From: Candidatus Velesiimonas alkalicola
GTDB taxonomy: Bacteria; Omnitrophota; Gorgyraeia; Velesiimonadales; Velesiimonadaceae
Assembly: GCA_013626165.1 (NCBI GenBank)
Contig: NDHX01000008.1
Coordinates: 3,316 to 67,315, forward strand
Reading direction: 5' to 3'
DNA length: 64,000 nt
Shown here piece by piece: positions 9,099-18,428 of the stretch (the first letter of the stretch is position 1; the number at the start of each line of letters is the position of its first letter). The notes under the pieces were generated by a model, which was not told where the DNA came from, made no database searches, and saw only the letters and a program-made list of their open reading frames with translations. A program made the position numbers and the translations under genes.

Positions 9099-10478
9099 CT
9101 ATTTATATTCTTTAGATTTTATTTTTGTTGAAAGTTTATTTATTAATATCTTCACATTTTCGTCTTTTTGCATATCTTCCTCTATTTTATTGTAAGAATA
9201 TAATACTGTGGTATGGTCTTTACCACCAAAAAACCTTCCAATATTTTCTAATGATTCTTTTGTGAGACTTCTTGTAAGATACATTGCTACCTGTCTCGGA
9301 AAAAGAACCCTTCTTTGTCTGTTTTTTTTTCTTAAAAAAGAAACCTGTATCCCGAAATAATTACTCACTACATTTTGTATTTTTTCTAGTGTTATTTCTT
9401 CTTCCTCCTTTTCTTCAACGCTTTTTTTTAATACCTCTCTTGCAAGCTCAATACTTACTTTTTTACCCATCAGTGAAGCGTAAGCAACAACCCTTATAAG
9501 AGAACCCTCTAATACCCTTATATTAACTTTAATTTTTTCTGCAACAAAAAACACAACATCGTCAGGAATAAAAATAGAACTCGATTCAGATTTCTTTTTT
9601 AAAATGGCAACGCGTGTCTCAATATCCGGGGGTTGTATATCTGTAACCAACCCCCATGAAAATCGGCTAATGAGTCTTTCTTCAAGAGAAGAAATATCTT
9701 TGGGATGACGATCACTGGAAAGTACTATTTGTTTATGAGAATCATACAGTGCATTGAAAGTATGAAAAAATTCCTCTTGCGTAGAATCTTTTCCTGCAAT
9801 AAAATGGACATCATCCAAAAGCAAAACATCTGTTTTTCTATACTTATCTCTGAAGTTTTCTAATTTTTTATTTTGTATTGCGTATATAAACTGGTTTGTA
9901 AAATGTTCACAAGAAATCAAAAGAATTTTTGCATTTGAGGATTTTTTTGTTATATATAAACCAATGGCATGCATAAGGTGTGTTTTTCCAAGCCCTGTTC
10001 CCCCATAAATTAAAAGAGGATTATACGCCCTTGCAGGAGATTCTGCAACCGCCATACCGGCTGCGTGTGCAAATCTATTTGATGCTCCGATAACGAAATT
10101 TTCAAAAGAGTATTTTGGAATAAGATTAACTGATTTTTTATTTTCACCAAAATTTGTTTTTTGGTCATCCTTTGTTGTTCCTGCGCTCATTTCGCCCGTG
10201 GGCTTAGGACAGACGGACACAGTGTTGGGGGCCTGGTTGCCTGTCATAATAAAATCTATATCCATCCTTTTTCCCGAAGACTCTGCAACAACCTGTTCAA
10301 GTAATATTCCATATTGTTTTAATATATACTCTTTATAAAATTTATTTGGGACCCCAAACACAATCTGATCATCAGTAGCAGAGATAAATTTTAAAGAAGA
10401 AAACCAAGTTTCCCACACCTGAACACTTATACGGGATTTAAGTAAAGATAAAGAATTTAACCAAATACTAGAATTCAT
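9099..10478 (-). CDS. dnaA: Chromosomal replication initiator
   Basis: YNPLLIYGGTGLGKTHL, LLLDDV, QEEFFHTFN, RQVAMYL, DHTTV. Confidence 0.97.
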   Translation of the reverse strand: MNSSIWLNSLSLLKSRISVQVWETWFSSLKFISATDDQIVFGVPNKFYKEYILKQYGILLEQVVAESSGKRMDIDFIMTGNQAPNTVSVCPKPTGEMSAGTTKDDQKTNFGENKKSVNLIPKYSFENFVIGASNRFAHAAGMAVAESPARAYNPLLIYGGTGLGKTHLMHAIGLYITKKSSNAKILLISCEHFTNQFIYAIQNKKLENFRDKYRKTDVLLLDDVHFIAGKDSTQEEFFHTFNALYDSHKQIVLSSDRHPKDISSLEERLISRFSWGLVTDIQPPDIETRVAILKKKSESSSIFIPDDVVFFVAEKIKVNIRVLEGSLIRVVAYASLMGKKVSIELAREVLKKSVEEKEEEEITLEKIQNVVSNYFGIQVSFLRKKNRQRRVLFPRQVAMYLTRSLTKESLENIGRFFGGKDHTTVLYSYNKIEEDMQKDENVKILINKLSTKIKSKEYK

Positions 10479-10488
10479 AACGCATCCC

Positions 10489-10578
10489 TGTTAAAATGTA
10501 TAATACATTGATAAACAAAAAGATACAAACAAAGATATAAATATTATTAACAATGTTATTAACAATTTATTATTAACT
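10489..10578. promoter_or_regulatory. dnaA upstream region with repeated TTATTAAC(A) boxes
   Basis: TTATTAACA at 10544-10552 and 10556-10564, TTATTAACT at 10570-10578; palindrome aatgtat-a-atacatt near 10495-10509. Confidence 0.55.
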
Positions 10579-11268
10579 CTCTCTTAATATATCTTTACAC
10601 ATCTCCAAAGGATTCTGTGCGAGTAAAACAGGCCTTCCCACCACAATATAATCTGTTCCGACACTTTTTGCAGCAGAAGGGGTTGCAGTCCTTTTTTGGT
10701 CATCTTCGGATTGTTTTAATCTTATACCAGGGGTAACAGTAATAAAATTTTTGCCACATATATTTTTTATATCCGGAACCTCCTCTACACTTGCAACAAC
10801 CCCTGAAAGCCCTGACTGTTTTGCAATCCTTGCAAGACACATAACCTGTTCTTTTACAGTAGAATATACCCCAATTTGTTGCAGGTCAGATCGCTCAAAA
10901 CTTGTAAGAACCGTTACCCCAACCAATATCGGAGAAAGAATTTTAAGATTTTCTGCCTGTTCTCGGCATCCCCTAGCAGCAGATTCCATCATCTTTTTAC
11001 CTCCGCCTGTATGAACATTTAACATATCAACCCCAAGACTAACAGCACTTCGGACAGCAGACTCAACAATATTGGGAATATCATAGAATTTAAGGTCAAG
11101 AAATACCTTCCCCCCCATCTGTTTTATTACTTTTACGCTTTCCGGTCCTGTAGAGGTAAAAAGAACACTTCCTATTTTAAAAAATTTTACAACAGGAAAA
11201 AGTGTTTTAAAAAATTTTTTCTCCTGTTCTAAATTTATAACATCAAGAGATACAATAAGTTCTGGCAT
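10573..11268 (-). CDS. pyrF: Orotidine-5'-phosphate decarboxylase
   Basis: FLDLKFYDIPN, VTVLTS, TPGIR, VVGRP. Confidence 0.95.
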   Translation of the reverse strand: MPELIVSLDVINLEQEKKFFKTLFPVVKFFKIGSVLFTSTGPESVKVIKQMGGKVFLDLKFYDIPNIVESAVRSAVSLGVDMLNVHTGGGKKMMESAARGCREQAENLKILSPILVGVTVLTSFERSDLQQIGVYSTVKEQVMCLARIAKQSGLSGVVASVEEVPDIKNICGKNFITVTPGIRLKQSEDDQKRTATPSAAKSVGTDYIVVGRPVLLAQNPLEMCKDILRES

Positions 11269-11364
11269 AAAAAATTATTTTTTCTTCTCCCTGACAAATG
11301 GTATGAAATATGACATACACATATGTGGTCTTGGACCAGCGAGAGCAAGAGTTAAAAGTAAAAA

Positions 11365-12294
11365 TCAAGCCTGGTTCAAGACCATTTTATTTGTATTCAG
11401 GCGTCCAACCAATTTTCCTATCTTGTATATTTTATTTTCCAAAAGATATTTCTTTAAGCCGGATATTATTTCTGCACCTATTTGCGGATTAATAAAATTT
11501 CCCACACCAACCGCAACAGCAGAAGCACCTGCAATGATAAACTCCAAAGCATCTTGTGCACTTAAAATCCCTCCCATTCCTATGATTGGAACCTGGACGC
11601 TATTATATACTTCATAAACCATTCTTAGTGCAACCGGCTTTATTGCAGGTCCGCTTAACCCACCTATAATGTTCCCAATCTTGGGTTTTCTTTCCTTTAT
11701 ATCTATTGCCATTCCGGGAAGTGTGTTTATAAGTGAAATTGCGTCGGTTCCGGCATCTTGCACGGTTTTTGCAATAATTTTTATGTCTGTGACCTGCGGC
11801 GAAAGTTTGGATATAACCGGAACCTTAACAGATTTTTTAACAACCCTCACAACATTATACGAGGATTTTGTGTTTTGTGCAATGAGTTCCTTATAGCCAA
11901 CATTTGGACAGGAAAGATTAATCTCTATTGCGTCCACGCCGCACTGTTCTATTTTTTTTGCTATTTTCCCGTATTCTTCCGTATTTTTTCCTGCAATTGA
12001 GACAACAATAGGAACACCCAATTTTTTTATTTCAGGAACAATATTTTTTATAAAGTGGTTTAATCCGCTGTTTTGAAGTCCGATAGAATTTAGCATACCC
12101 GAAGGGGTTTCACAAATTCTTGGGAAAGGGTTTCCTTCCCTTGGTTTTAGTGTGATTGTTTTGGTAACAATTGCACCAATACTTTTAACATCTATCCATT
12201 TTGATATTTCTTCTCCGTATCCGGCTGTTCCTGATGCGAGAAGCACAGGTTTTTTTAATTTTATACCAATATTTGTAGATAAGTCAATATCCAT
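11365..12294 (-). CDS. pyrD: Dihydroorotate dehydrogenase 1B catalytic subunit
   Basis: ASGT, NSIGLQN, EINLSCPN, KLSP, GGLSG.AIKP. Confidence 0.95.
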   Translation of the reverse strand: MDIDLSTNIGIKLKKPVLLASGTAGYGEEISKWIDVKSIGAIVTKTITLKPREGNPFPRICETPSGMLNSIGLQNSGLNHFIKNIVPEIKKLGVPIVVSIAGKNTEEYGKIAKKIEQCGVDAIEINLSCPNVGYKELIAQNTKSSYNVVRVVKKSVKVPVISKLSPQVTDIKIIAKTVQDAGTDAISLINTLPGMAIDIKERKPKIGNIIGGLSGPAIKPVALRMVYEVYNSVQVPIIGMGGILSAQDALEFIIAGASAVAVGVGNFINPQIGAEIISGLKKYLLENKIYKIGKLVGRLNTNKMVLNQA

Positions 12295-13055
12295 TAAAAA
12301 ATCTCTTTTGAATTGAAAACAGGACCATCCTTACACACAAGGGCAGTGCCTTTTTTTGTCTTTATTGCACAACCGAGACAGGTTCCTATTCCACACCCCA
12401 TAACAGTTTCAAGAGAAATATAACATGGAATGTTTTTAAGGTCTGCTATTTTTGAAACTTCCCTTAACATTGCATTCGGCCCACAGGCATAGATAACAGA
12501 AGGAGCATTTTTTTTAAGAAACACTTTAAGATTGTTTGTTACAAAACATTTTTCGCCCAAACTTCCGTCTTCTGTGCAAGGGATAACGGTGTTTTTAATC
12601 TTTTTAAAATCTAAAATACACAACAATTTACCCTTTGTTTTTGCTCCGATAAAAAGGGTTATACTATTTGAGTTTTTAGAAAGAATTTCTGATAAAAACA
12701 GAAGCGGAGCACTGCCCATCCCCCCTGCAACAAGTAGTGTATTACAATTTTTAAATATTTTAAACCCATTTCCAAGAGGACCTATTACCATCATCGTATC
12801 GCCTCTTTTTAATTTAGAAATTTGATATGTTGCCTCACCGAGTACCTTGTATAAAATCTCAATATTTTCGCCCCTCACCCTGTGTATACTAAACGGCCTG
12901 TTAAAAAAAGGCTGAGTGGTCCTCCATCCCCTTACCATAACAAACTGGCCTGGCACAGCGTTTCTTGCTATAAAGGGCGCATCCAGTACGATGTGGTAAT
13001 AGTTGGTGTGAATCTGCTTATTTGATCGGATTTTTACGGTTAGGTTTTGCTCCAT
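12294..13055 (-). CDS. pyrK: Dihydroorotate dehydrogenase electron transfer subunit
   Basis: RPFSI, GPLGNGF, AGGMG, CGP, MGCGIGTCLGC..VCKDGPVF. Confidence 0.92.
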   Translation of the reverse strand: MEQNLTVKIRSNKQIHTNYYHIVLDAPFIARNAVPGQFVMVRGWRTTQPFFNRPFSIHRVRGENIEILYKVLGEATYQISKLKRGDTMMVIGPLGNGFKIFKNCNTLLVAGGMGSAPLLFLSEILSKNSNSITLFIGAKTKGKLLCILDFKKIKNTVIPCTEDGSLGEKCFVTNNLKVFLKKNAPSVIYACGPNAMLREVSKIADLKNIPCYISLETVMGCGIGTCLGCAIKTKKGTALVCKDGPVFNSKEIF

Positions 13056-14107
13056 TAACACTCAAATATCTGTTTTTGGGCGGAAGAGCTTTTTAAGCAA
13101 GAAATATTCAGGTGTTTATATGCAAGGTCTGTTGCCTGCCTTCCCCTGGAAGTTCTTTTTATAAAGCCAGCCTTTAAAAGATATGGCTCAACAACATCTT
13201 CAAGTGTATCTCTTTCCTCATTTAATGAGGCAGCTATTGCTTCTATGCCTGCGGGCCCTCCGTTATAAATATTTATGATTGTTTCAAGCATCTTTCTATC
13301 AAGGTTGTCCAGTCCCTCTGTGTCCACCCCTTGCATTTTTAAGGCTTCCTCAGAAATTTTTTTTGTTATTTTCCCATCAAATTTTACCTGTGCATAGTCT
13401 CTTACTCTTTTTAAAAGTCGGTTTGCTATTCTTGGTGTGCCACGGGATCTTTTTGCAATTTCTGTTGCGGCACCATCTTCTATGAAGATCCCGAGGATTT
13501 CAGCTGTTCGTTTTATTACAAGCAAAAGGTCTGCTGGCTTATAAAAGTCCAGGTGAAAATGCATACCAAAGCGGCCTCTCAGCGCTCCTGTCAAAAGCCC
13601 CGACCGTGTTGTTGCCCCAACAAGCACAAACGGTTTAAGGGTAAATTTTATGGTTCTTGCATAAGGGCCCTTGTCAATGACAAAATCTATCTGAAAGTTT
13701 TCCATAGCTGGATAAAGAAATTCTTCTACAAGCTTTGAAAGCCTGTGTATTTCATCTATAAAAAAAATATTCCCCTGTTTCAGGTTTGTCAGTATGCCCA
13801 CAAGATCTCCTGCTCTTTCTATAGAAGGTCCAGTTGTGGATGTTATCTGTGCCCCCGTCTCTTTTGCAATGATATGTGCAAGTGTGGTTTTTCCCAATCC
13901 CGGGGGTCCTGAAAAAAGGATGTGCTCTAATACCTCCTGCCTTTTTTTTGCTGCTTTTATGGCAATAAAAATGTTTTCTACAACCTCTTTTTGGTTTATA
14001 AACTCTGATATTTTTGATGGCCTGAGAGCGACATTAAGAACTGTATCCTCTTCTGTTTCCTGAGGGGTAAGAAGGCTTTTTTTAAAAACATCTTTTTCCA
14101 TAGACAC
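13055..14107 (-). CDS. ruvB: Holliday junction branch-migration helicase
   Basis: LRP, GPPGLGKTTLA, FIDEIHRL, GATTR, RGTPRIANRLL. Confidence 0.97.
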   Translation of the reverse strand: MSMEKDVFKKSLLTPQETEEDTVLNVALRPSKISEFINQKEVVENIFIAIKAAKKRQEVLEHILFSGPPGLGKTTLAHIIAKETGAQITSTTGPSIERAGDLVGILTNLKQGNIFFIDEIHRLSKLVEEFLYPAMENFQIDFVIDKGPYARTIKFTLKPFVLVGATTRSGLLTGALRGRFGMHFHLDFYKPADLLLVIKRTAEILGIFIEDGAATEIAKRSRGTPRIANRLLKRVRDYAQVKFDGKITKKISEEALKMQGVDTEGLDNLDRKMLETIINIYNGGPAGIEAIAASLNEERDTLEDVVEPYLLKAGFIKRTSRGRQATDLAYKHLNISCLKSSSAQKQIFEC

Positions 14108-14112
14108 AAACT

Positions 14113-14164
14113 ATTATATGTTAAAAATATTCTTCTTGCAAGTTATCAAAAAAGATGATATAAT
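14113..14164. promoter_or_regulatory. Bidirectional sigma70 promoter sharing a palindromic -35 TTGCAA
   Basis: ATTATA(14113-18)-17 bp-TTGCAA(14136-41)-17 bp-TATAAT(14159-64). Confidence 0.8.
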
Positions 14165-14170
14165 TTTTCT

Positions 14171-15025
14171 ATGAAGCTTAAAAATGCACAGGCGCAGGTA
14201 TTTGTTCCAGATGGTATGAATGTTAAAAAAGCATTAACAAAAACAACACACATAGGCATAGGCGCACATCACGATGACCTTGAGGTGATGGCATACCATG
14301 GGATATTGCAGCATTTTGAAAACAAGAAGAATTGGTTTCTCGGTGTTACGGTTACAGATGGCAGAGGTTCACCAAGAAGCGGGGTATATGCAAGATATAC
14401 GGACGAAGAAATGCGAAAGGTAAGACGCGTTGAACAAAAAAAGGCGGCGTCTGTGGGAGAGTATACAGCTGTCTGTCTTCTTGAATGGCCATCAGAATTG
14501 GTAAAAAATCCGAAAGATAGCGGTGTAAGAGAAGACTTAAAAGAAATTTTAAAAGCAGCAAAGCCTTCTTATATCTACACGCACAATATTGCAGATAAAC
14601 ACCCCACGCATGTTGCAGTTGCAGTAAAGACCATACAGAGTTTAAGAGAATTAAGGGATATATTTGTTCCCGAAGCTGTTTTTGGTTGCGAGGTGTGGAG
14701 AGGACTTGACTGGATGAATGATAAGGATAAGGTTGCTCTTGATGTAAGCTCTCATGAAGGCATTGCAAATGCACTTGTAGGGCTATTTGATTCACAGGTG
14801 TGTGGAGGGAAAAGGTATGATATCGCAACAATTGGAAGAAGAAGAGCGAATGCAACATATCTTGCATCACATGAAGTTGATAAAGCAACGCACCTTATAT
14901 TTGCTATGGATCTGGCCCCCCTTGTGAAAGATATTTCATTAGACATAGAAGAATATGTTGTAGGTTTTATAAAGAAATTTGAAAAAGATGTCCGAGAAAA
15001 CATTAAAAAACTAATACAAGGTTAG
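14171..15025 (+). CDS. PIG-L/LmbE family deacetylase
   Basis: GAHHDDLE, VTDG, R..EQ..AA, YTHN..DKH.TH. Confidence 0.8.
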   Translation: MKLKNAQAQVFVPDGMNVKKALTKTTHIGIGAHHDDLEVMAYHGILQHFENKKNWFLGVTVTDGRGSPRSGVYARYTDEEMRKVRRVEQKKAASVGEYTAVCLLEWPSELVKNPKDSGVREDLKEILKAAKPSYIYTHNIADKHPTHVAVAVKTIQSLRELRDIFVPEAVFGCEVWRGLDWMNDKDKVALDVSSHEGIANALVGLFDSQVCGGKRYDIATIGRRRANATYLASHEVDKATHLIFAMDLAPLVKDISLDIEEYVVGFIKKFEKDVRENIKKLIQG

Positions 15026-15419
15026 CGGAAGAACATACCAAATGTATGCTATGTTAATTATAAGAACCGCACACATTGGGCGTGAATTTTGTTTCTTGCA
15101 TCTTGGTGTTTGTAATAAAAACTGGTGATAGGAGACTGGCACCAGAGCACCAAAGCACCAGAGCACCAGTTGCTCCTAAAGTTTCACAAACTTGCCCCGG
15201 TGCTTTTTTAAAACCAGCATAGATTTCACATATATTTCACAATCTCGCCATATTTTTGCCACAGTCAAAAAATATAATCCCTGTGATAACAAAGCAAGTG
15301 AAAAAAGGGAAAAAGTAAATTTTATTTTTGAGCAAGTCTGTAGCCAAGAGCAGGGCGGCACTTTCATGGAATAGATAATTTGATTAAATAATAATGAGAA
15401 AGAAGGGGGGGATGTTGTT

Positions 15420-15947
15420 GTGAAGTTAAAAGAAGAAAATGGTTGGAGCCCTTATCTGGCTGGGGCGCTAAGCGGTCTGGTGGTTATTATGTCTGTCTGG
15501 GCAACAGGAAGGTTTTTTGGTGCAACTACTACTTTTGTCCGTTCGGCCGGTATGCTGGAGAAACTTTTTGCTCCGGAGCGTGTAGACAGGCTCGCTTATT
15601 TTGTTAAATATGTGCCCAAGATAGACTGGCAGTGGATGTTTGTGATAGGCATCCTCATAGGTTCTTTGCTGGCAGCGGTAACCTCGGGCAGTTTTCGCTG
15701 GCAGGCCCTTCCGGATATGTGGAAAAAGCGCTTTGGTTCCAGCCTAATCAAGCGAGCGGTAGTAGCTTTCATCGGAGGAGTAATAGCGATATTTGGCGCC
15801 AGGCTGGCCGGTGGTTGCCCAAGCGGTCAAGGGCTAAGCGGTTCACTCCAGCTATCCATTAGTGGACTTATCGCTGTAGTCGGTTTCTTCGCCGGAGGCG
15901 TTGTAACTGCCCGCCTGCTTTACGACAGAGGAGGTGAGCGCAAATGA
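15420..15947 (+). CDS. YeeE/YedE family sulfur-compound transporter half
   Basis: WSPYLAGAL, FGARLAGGCPSG motif, hydrophobic segments. Confidence 0.85.
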   Translation: MKLKEENGWSPYLAGALSGLVVIMSVWATGRFFGATTTFVRSAGMLEKLFAPERVDRLAYFVKYVPKIDWQWMFVIGILIGSLLAAVTSGSFRWQALPDMWKKRFGSSLIKRAVVAFIGGVIAIFGARLAGGCPSGQGLSGSLQLSISGLIAVVGFFAGGVVTARLLYDRGGERK

Positions 15948-16471
15948 ACATGCTCCTTTACGGGCTCATTACCGGGGTTCTCTTTGGTTTCTTGTTGCAA
16001 AAAGGAAGGGTGCTGCGTTACGATAAGCAGCTGGGAGCCTTGCGTTTATTAGATATGACTATCGTGAAGTTTATGTTTTCAGCAATTCTGGTTGGCATGG
16101 TAGGGGTTTATCTGCTTAAAGACCTGGGGTTAGTTGAACTTTCTGTAAGGCCAATTATCCTAGGGGGCAGCATTTTAGGCGGGCTTATCTTCGGGGTTGG
16201 CTGGGGATTATTGGGTTATTGCCCTGGAACCCAGCTCGGAGCTCTGGGTGAAGGGCGCTGGGATGCACTTTGGGGCATTCTGGGCATGATGGTCGGTGCT
16301 GCGCTTTTTGTTGAAGCCTACCCAGCCCTGAAGAAGACGGTGCTAACTTGGGGAGATTTTGGCAAGGCCACCCTGCCCCAGGCTCTGGGGCTGAACCACT
16401 GGTTTATTATTCCCCTCTTTGTAGTGGCGGTGCTGGCGCTTTTTAGGTGGTTAGAGAGAAAAAAACTTTAG
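15944..16471 (+). CDS. YeeE/YedE family sulfur-compound transporter half
   Basis: GVLFGFLLQKG, GGLIFGVGWGLLGYCPGT. Confidence 0.85.
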   Translation: MNMLLYGLITGVLFGFLLQKGRVLRYDKQLGALRLLDMTIVKFMFSAILVGMVGVYLLKDLGLVELSVRPIILGGSILGGLIFGVGWGLLGYCPGTQLGALGEGRWDALWGILGMMVGAALFVEAYPALKKTVLTWGDFGKATLPQALGLNHWFIIPLFVVAVLALFRWLERKKL

Positions 16472-16674
16472 CCATCCAGCCAGGATGGAGGTAGTCGCTT
16501 TTTAAAAATCATCTGTAATGCCTCTGCTGGAACACCGTTTCCCCCTACCTATTATTCTTACGTGTTTTAAGGGGGGATCTGGATTCCCGCTCACTGATTG
16601 CGGGAAAAGTCAGGTCCAAACTTAAATTTATTCAAGTTAGGCTTTAACTTCGTTTCGTTAATTGATTACATTCA

Positions 16675-16702
16675 CCCCGTTAGATAATGTTATCTAACGG
16701 GG
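16675..16702. repeat. REP-like palindrome CCCCGTTAGATAA-TG-TTATCTAACGGGG
   Basis: Perfect 13-bp arms; a degenerate copy lies inside moaA at 1086-1116. Confidence 0.8.
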
Positions 16703-16708
16703 CAAGAA

Positions 16709-17092
16709 TTATTCCGCACCAACACCACAAAAATAGTCTAAAACTAATTCGCTGGGTTTTGAATATTTAAGGATCACATTTCTTGGGATATAAGGAGACC
16801 AGTTACCTCTATATTCTCCACTATGAGTAGCCCAATTACCTCTCTGCTTAAAACTCCATATAGTGGTTTGCTCTTCTTTAAAATCTTTGGGGTAAAGTGT
16901 TTTTATTTTTTTAGAAATATCCAAGGAGCTAATGTTAATTCCTTGTGATTTTGTAATAAGCTTCTCAATGTATCTAAATGTAACACCATATTTTTGCCCA
17001 ATCTCTAAATCAGAGGTTCCTCTTGTTTTTTCCTGCAAGATTGCTTCCTGGAGTTCTTTTTCAGTTTTGAAACTTATTTTTTGATTGACCAT
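16709..17092 (-). pseudogene. Truncated DNA methyltransferase (N-terminal HTH-like region, stops inside motif I)
   Basis: TTIWSF..RG.WATH...YRGNW.PYIPRN.IL.YS...LVLDYFCGVG, then a stop beside the REP palindrome. Confidence 0.75.
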
Positions 17093-17126
17093 TGCACCTT
17101 CTTTTTATTACTAAGCCCGCTGTTTC

Positions 17127-17220
17127 GCCTGACGGTTCCAGCACATACAACGTTGCGACCAAAGGGAGCAATGTCCCGAGAGGAAAGGGCGTAGCCCGCA
17201 GCATATATGCTGTGTTATCT
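17127..17220 (-). mobile_element. attC-like integron recombination site (degenerate R')
   Basis: Minus strand AGATAAC-ACAGCATATA...TATGTGCTG-GAACC-GTCAGGC, about 25 bp after the stop of 17244-17921. Confidence 0.65.
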
Positions 17221-17243
17221 GATGTTCGGTATGCATCATGTTC

Positions 17244-17921
17244 CTATCCTGTATATCCACACATTCCGACTCGTGGAGAATTAACCACAGGCAAGAGCAT
17301 CTCTTCGCCACACTCATGCTTCCGAGCACATTCATCACAAAGCCATTCTTTGCCCGACCAGATACATTCAGCGCACACTTGCGCAGCAATTTTTCCACAC
17401 GACTCACAGGCTATAGAGGGAGGATCATTTCTGGCCAGAAGCTGAACTGACATACTCTTAGCTTCACCTTCCAGTTCTGATACAACTCTCAAGGTAAGCT
17501 CCGTGGTGGTGCCAAAGTCGTACTTATGATAAAACTTCATTCCGGGGCTGAGTACATCACCCAGCGCAACCTTCATACCTCTTTCGTCATATTCTCTCAT
17601 CGGGCTTATGGAATATCTTGTCCCTTCGATTGTGAACGCACTTAGGTGTCCACAGCATTCTAACCAGATATCCCTGAGGAAGCCGTCCAAACCTTCAAGC
17701 GTTGTTTTTGCTGGTACGGAAAGATGCATCCAATACTCAGGTAAGCCGCGTCCCTCAACCACAAGATAGAAGCCTTTTGTTTTCTGCAACTTCCGCTTCT
17801 CCGATGATGTCTCCGACACAGCTTCTCTTTGCTTACATGACTTCAAGTGTTTAGTCATTGCTGCCTTACTAAAGGTAGCATTGCAAAAACTACACTTTCC
17901 CTTTGACATCTGTCTTGTCAT
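17244..17921 (-). CDS. pRiA4b ORF3-like protein with Cys-rich Zn-binding segments (cassette gene)
   Basis: CSFC..H..SC, LDGFLRDIWLECCGHLSAF, YDFGTTT, CESC/CAEC/CDEC. RBS GGAGGAGG before ATG 17921. Confidence 0.65.
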   Translation of the reverse strand: MTRQMSKGKCSFCNATFSKAAMTKHLKSCKQREAVSETSSEKRKLQKTKGFYLVVEGRGLPEYWMHLSVPAKTTLEGLDGFLRDIWLECCGHLSAFTIEGTRYSISPMREYDERGMKVALGDVLSPGMKFYHKYDFGTTTELTLRVVSELEGEAKSMSVQLLARNDPPSIACESCGKIAAQVCAECIWSGKEWLCDECARKHECGEEMLLPVVNSPRVGMCGYTG

Positions 17922-17934
17922 TTCTTCCTCCTCC

Positions 17935-18096
17935 ACCCTCGACGCTACTACCAGTCGCTTCCTCTCCTTCTGACCCATTTCTAAATGTCCCCTTTCCATA
18001 AACAGGCACCTCACTTTATCAGATGCCCTTATTATCTCACCTGAAAGAGGACATTTCTATTGAGCTACATTAGGATATTATCATAGAGTTTCAACA
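17935..18096 (-). mobile_element. IS end remnant (ISNCY/IS1202-like) with a transposase N-terminal fragment
   Basis: Minus strand begins TGTTGAAAC with repeated subterminal motifs CTCTATGATAATATCCT / CTCAATAGAAATGTCCT, followed by MERGHLEMGQKERKRLVVASRV. Confidence 0.5.
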
Positions 18097-18326
18097 CGTA
18101 TATGTATAGACAGGTGAGGTCTCAAATATCTCATTCCAAGATGTAAATTTCCCCGTTCTGAATTTTGAAGCATTATCGGCTCATGTTCATCGATGATATA
18201 ATCGGTGACGGGTTTAAGCTTTTCTTTGAGGTTGTTACGAGTGAACCTCCGCTTGTGGAAACCTCCCCAGACCCTACCATTGTTGCATAGTATACATCAA
18301 GTCCCAGTCCCCGACAACTTTTCAGA

Positions 18327-18428
18327 AAGGCCTTTCTCACCCATCCGGCTGTCGGTCAAAACGTTACCGCCTCGACGCAAAACCAGGCCCTTAGCGCTCT
18401 CCTGTTCCTCTATCGCCAGGTGCTTAAG
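18327..18428 (+). pseudogene. intI: Integron integrase N-terminal fragment
   Basis: Hand translation [34 protein letters not shown] matches the IntI '[15 protein letters not shown]' signature; oriented away from the cassettes. Confidence 0.85.

Noticed and set aside
15066-15077. 12-bp match AACCGCACACAT shared with ~32887
   Set aside because: A match this short is expected by chance in 64 kb and the flanks do not align
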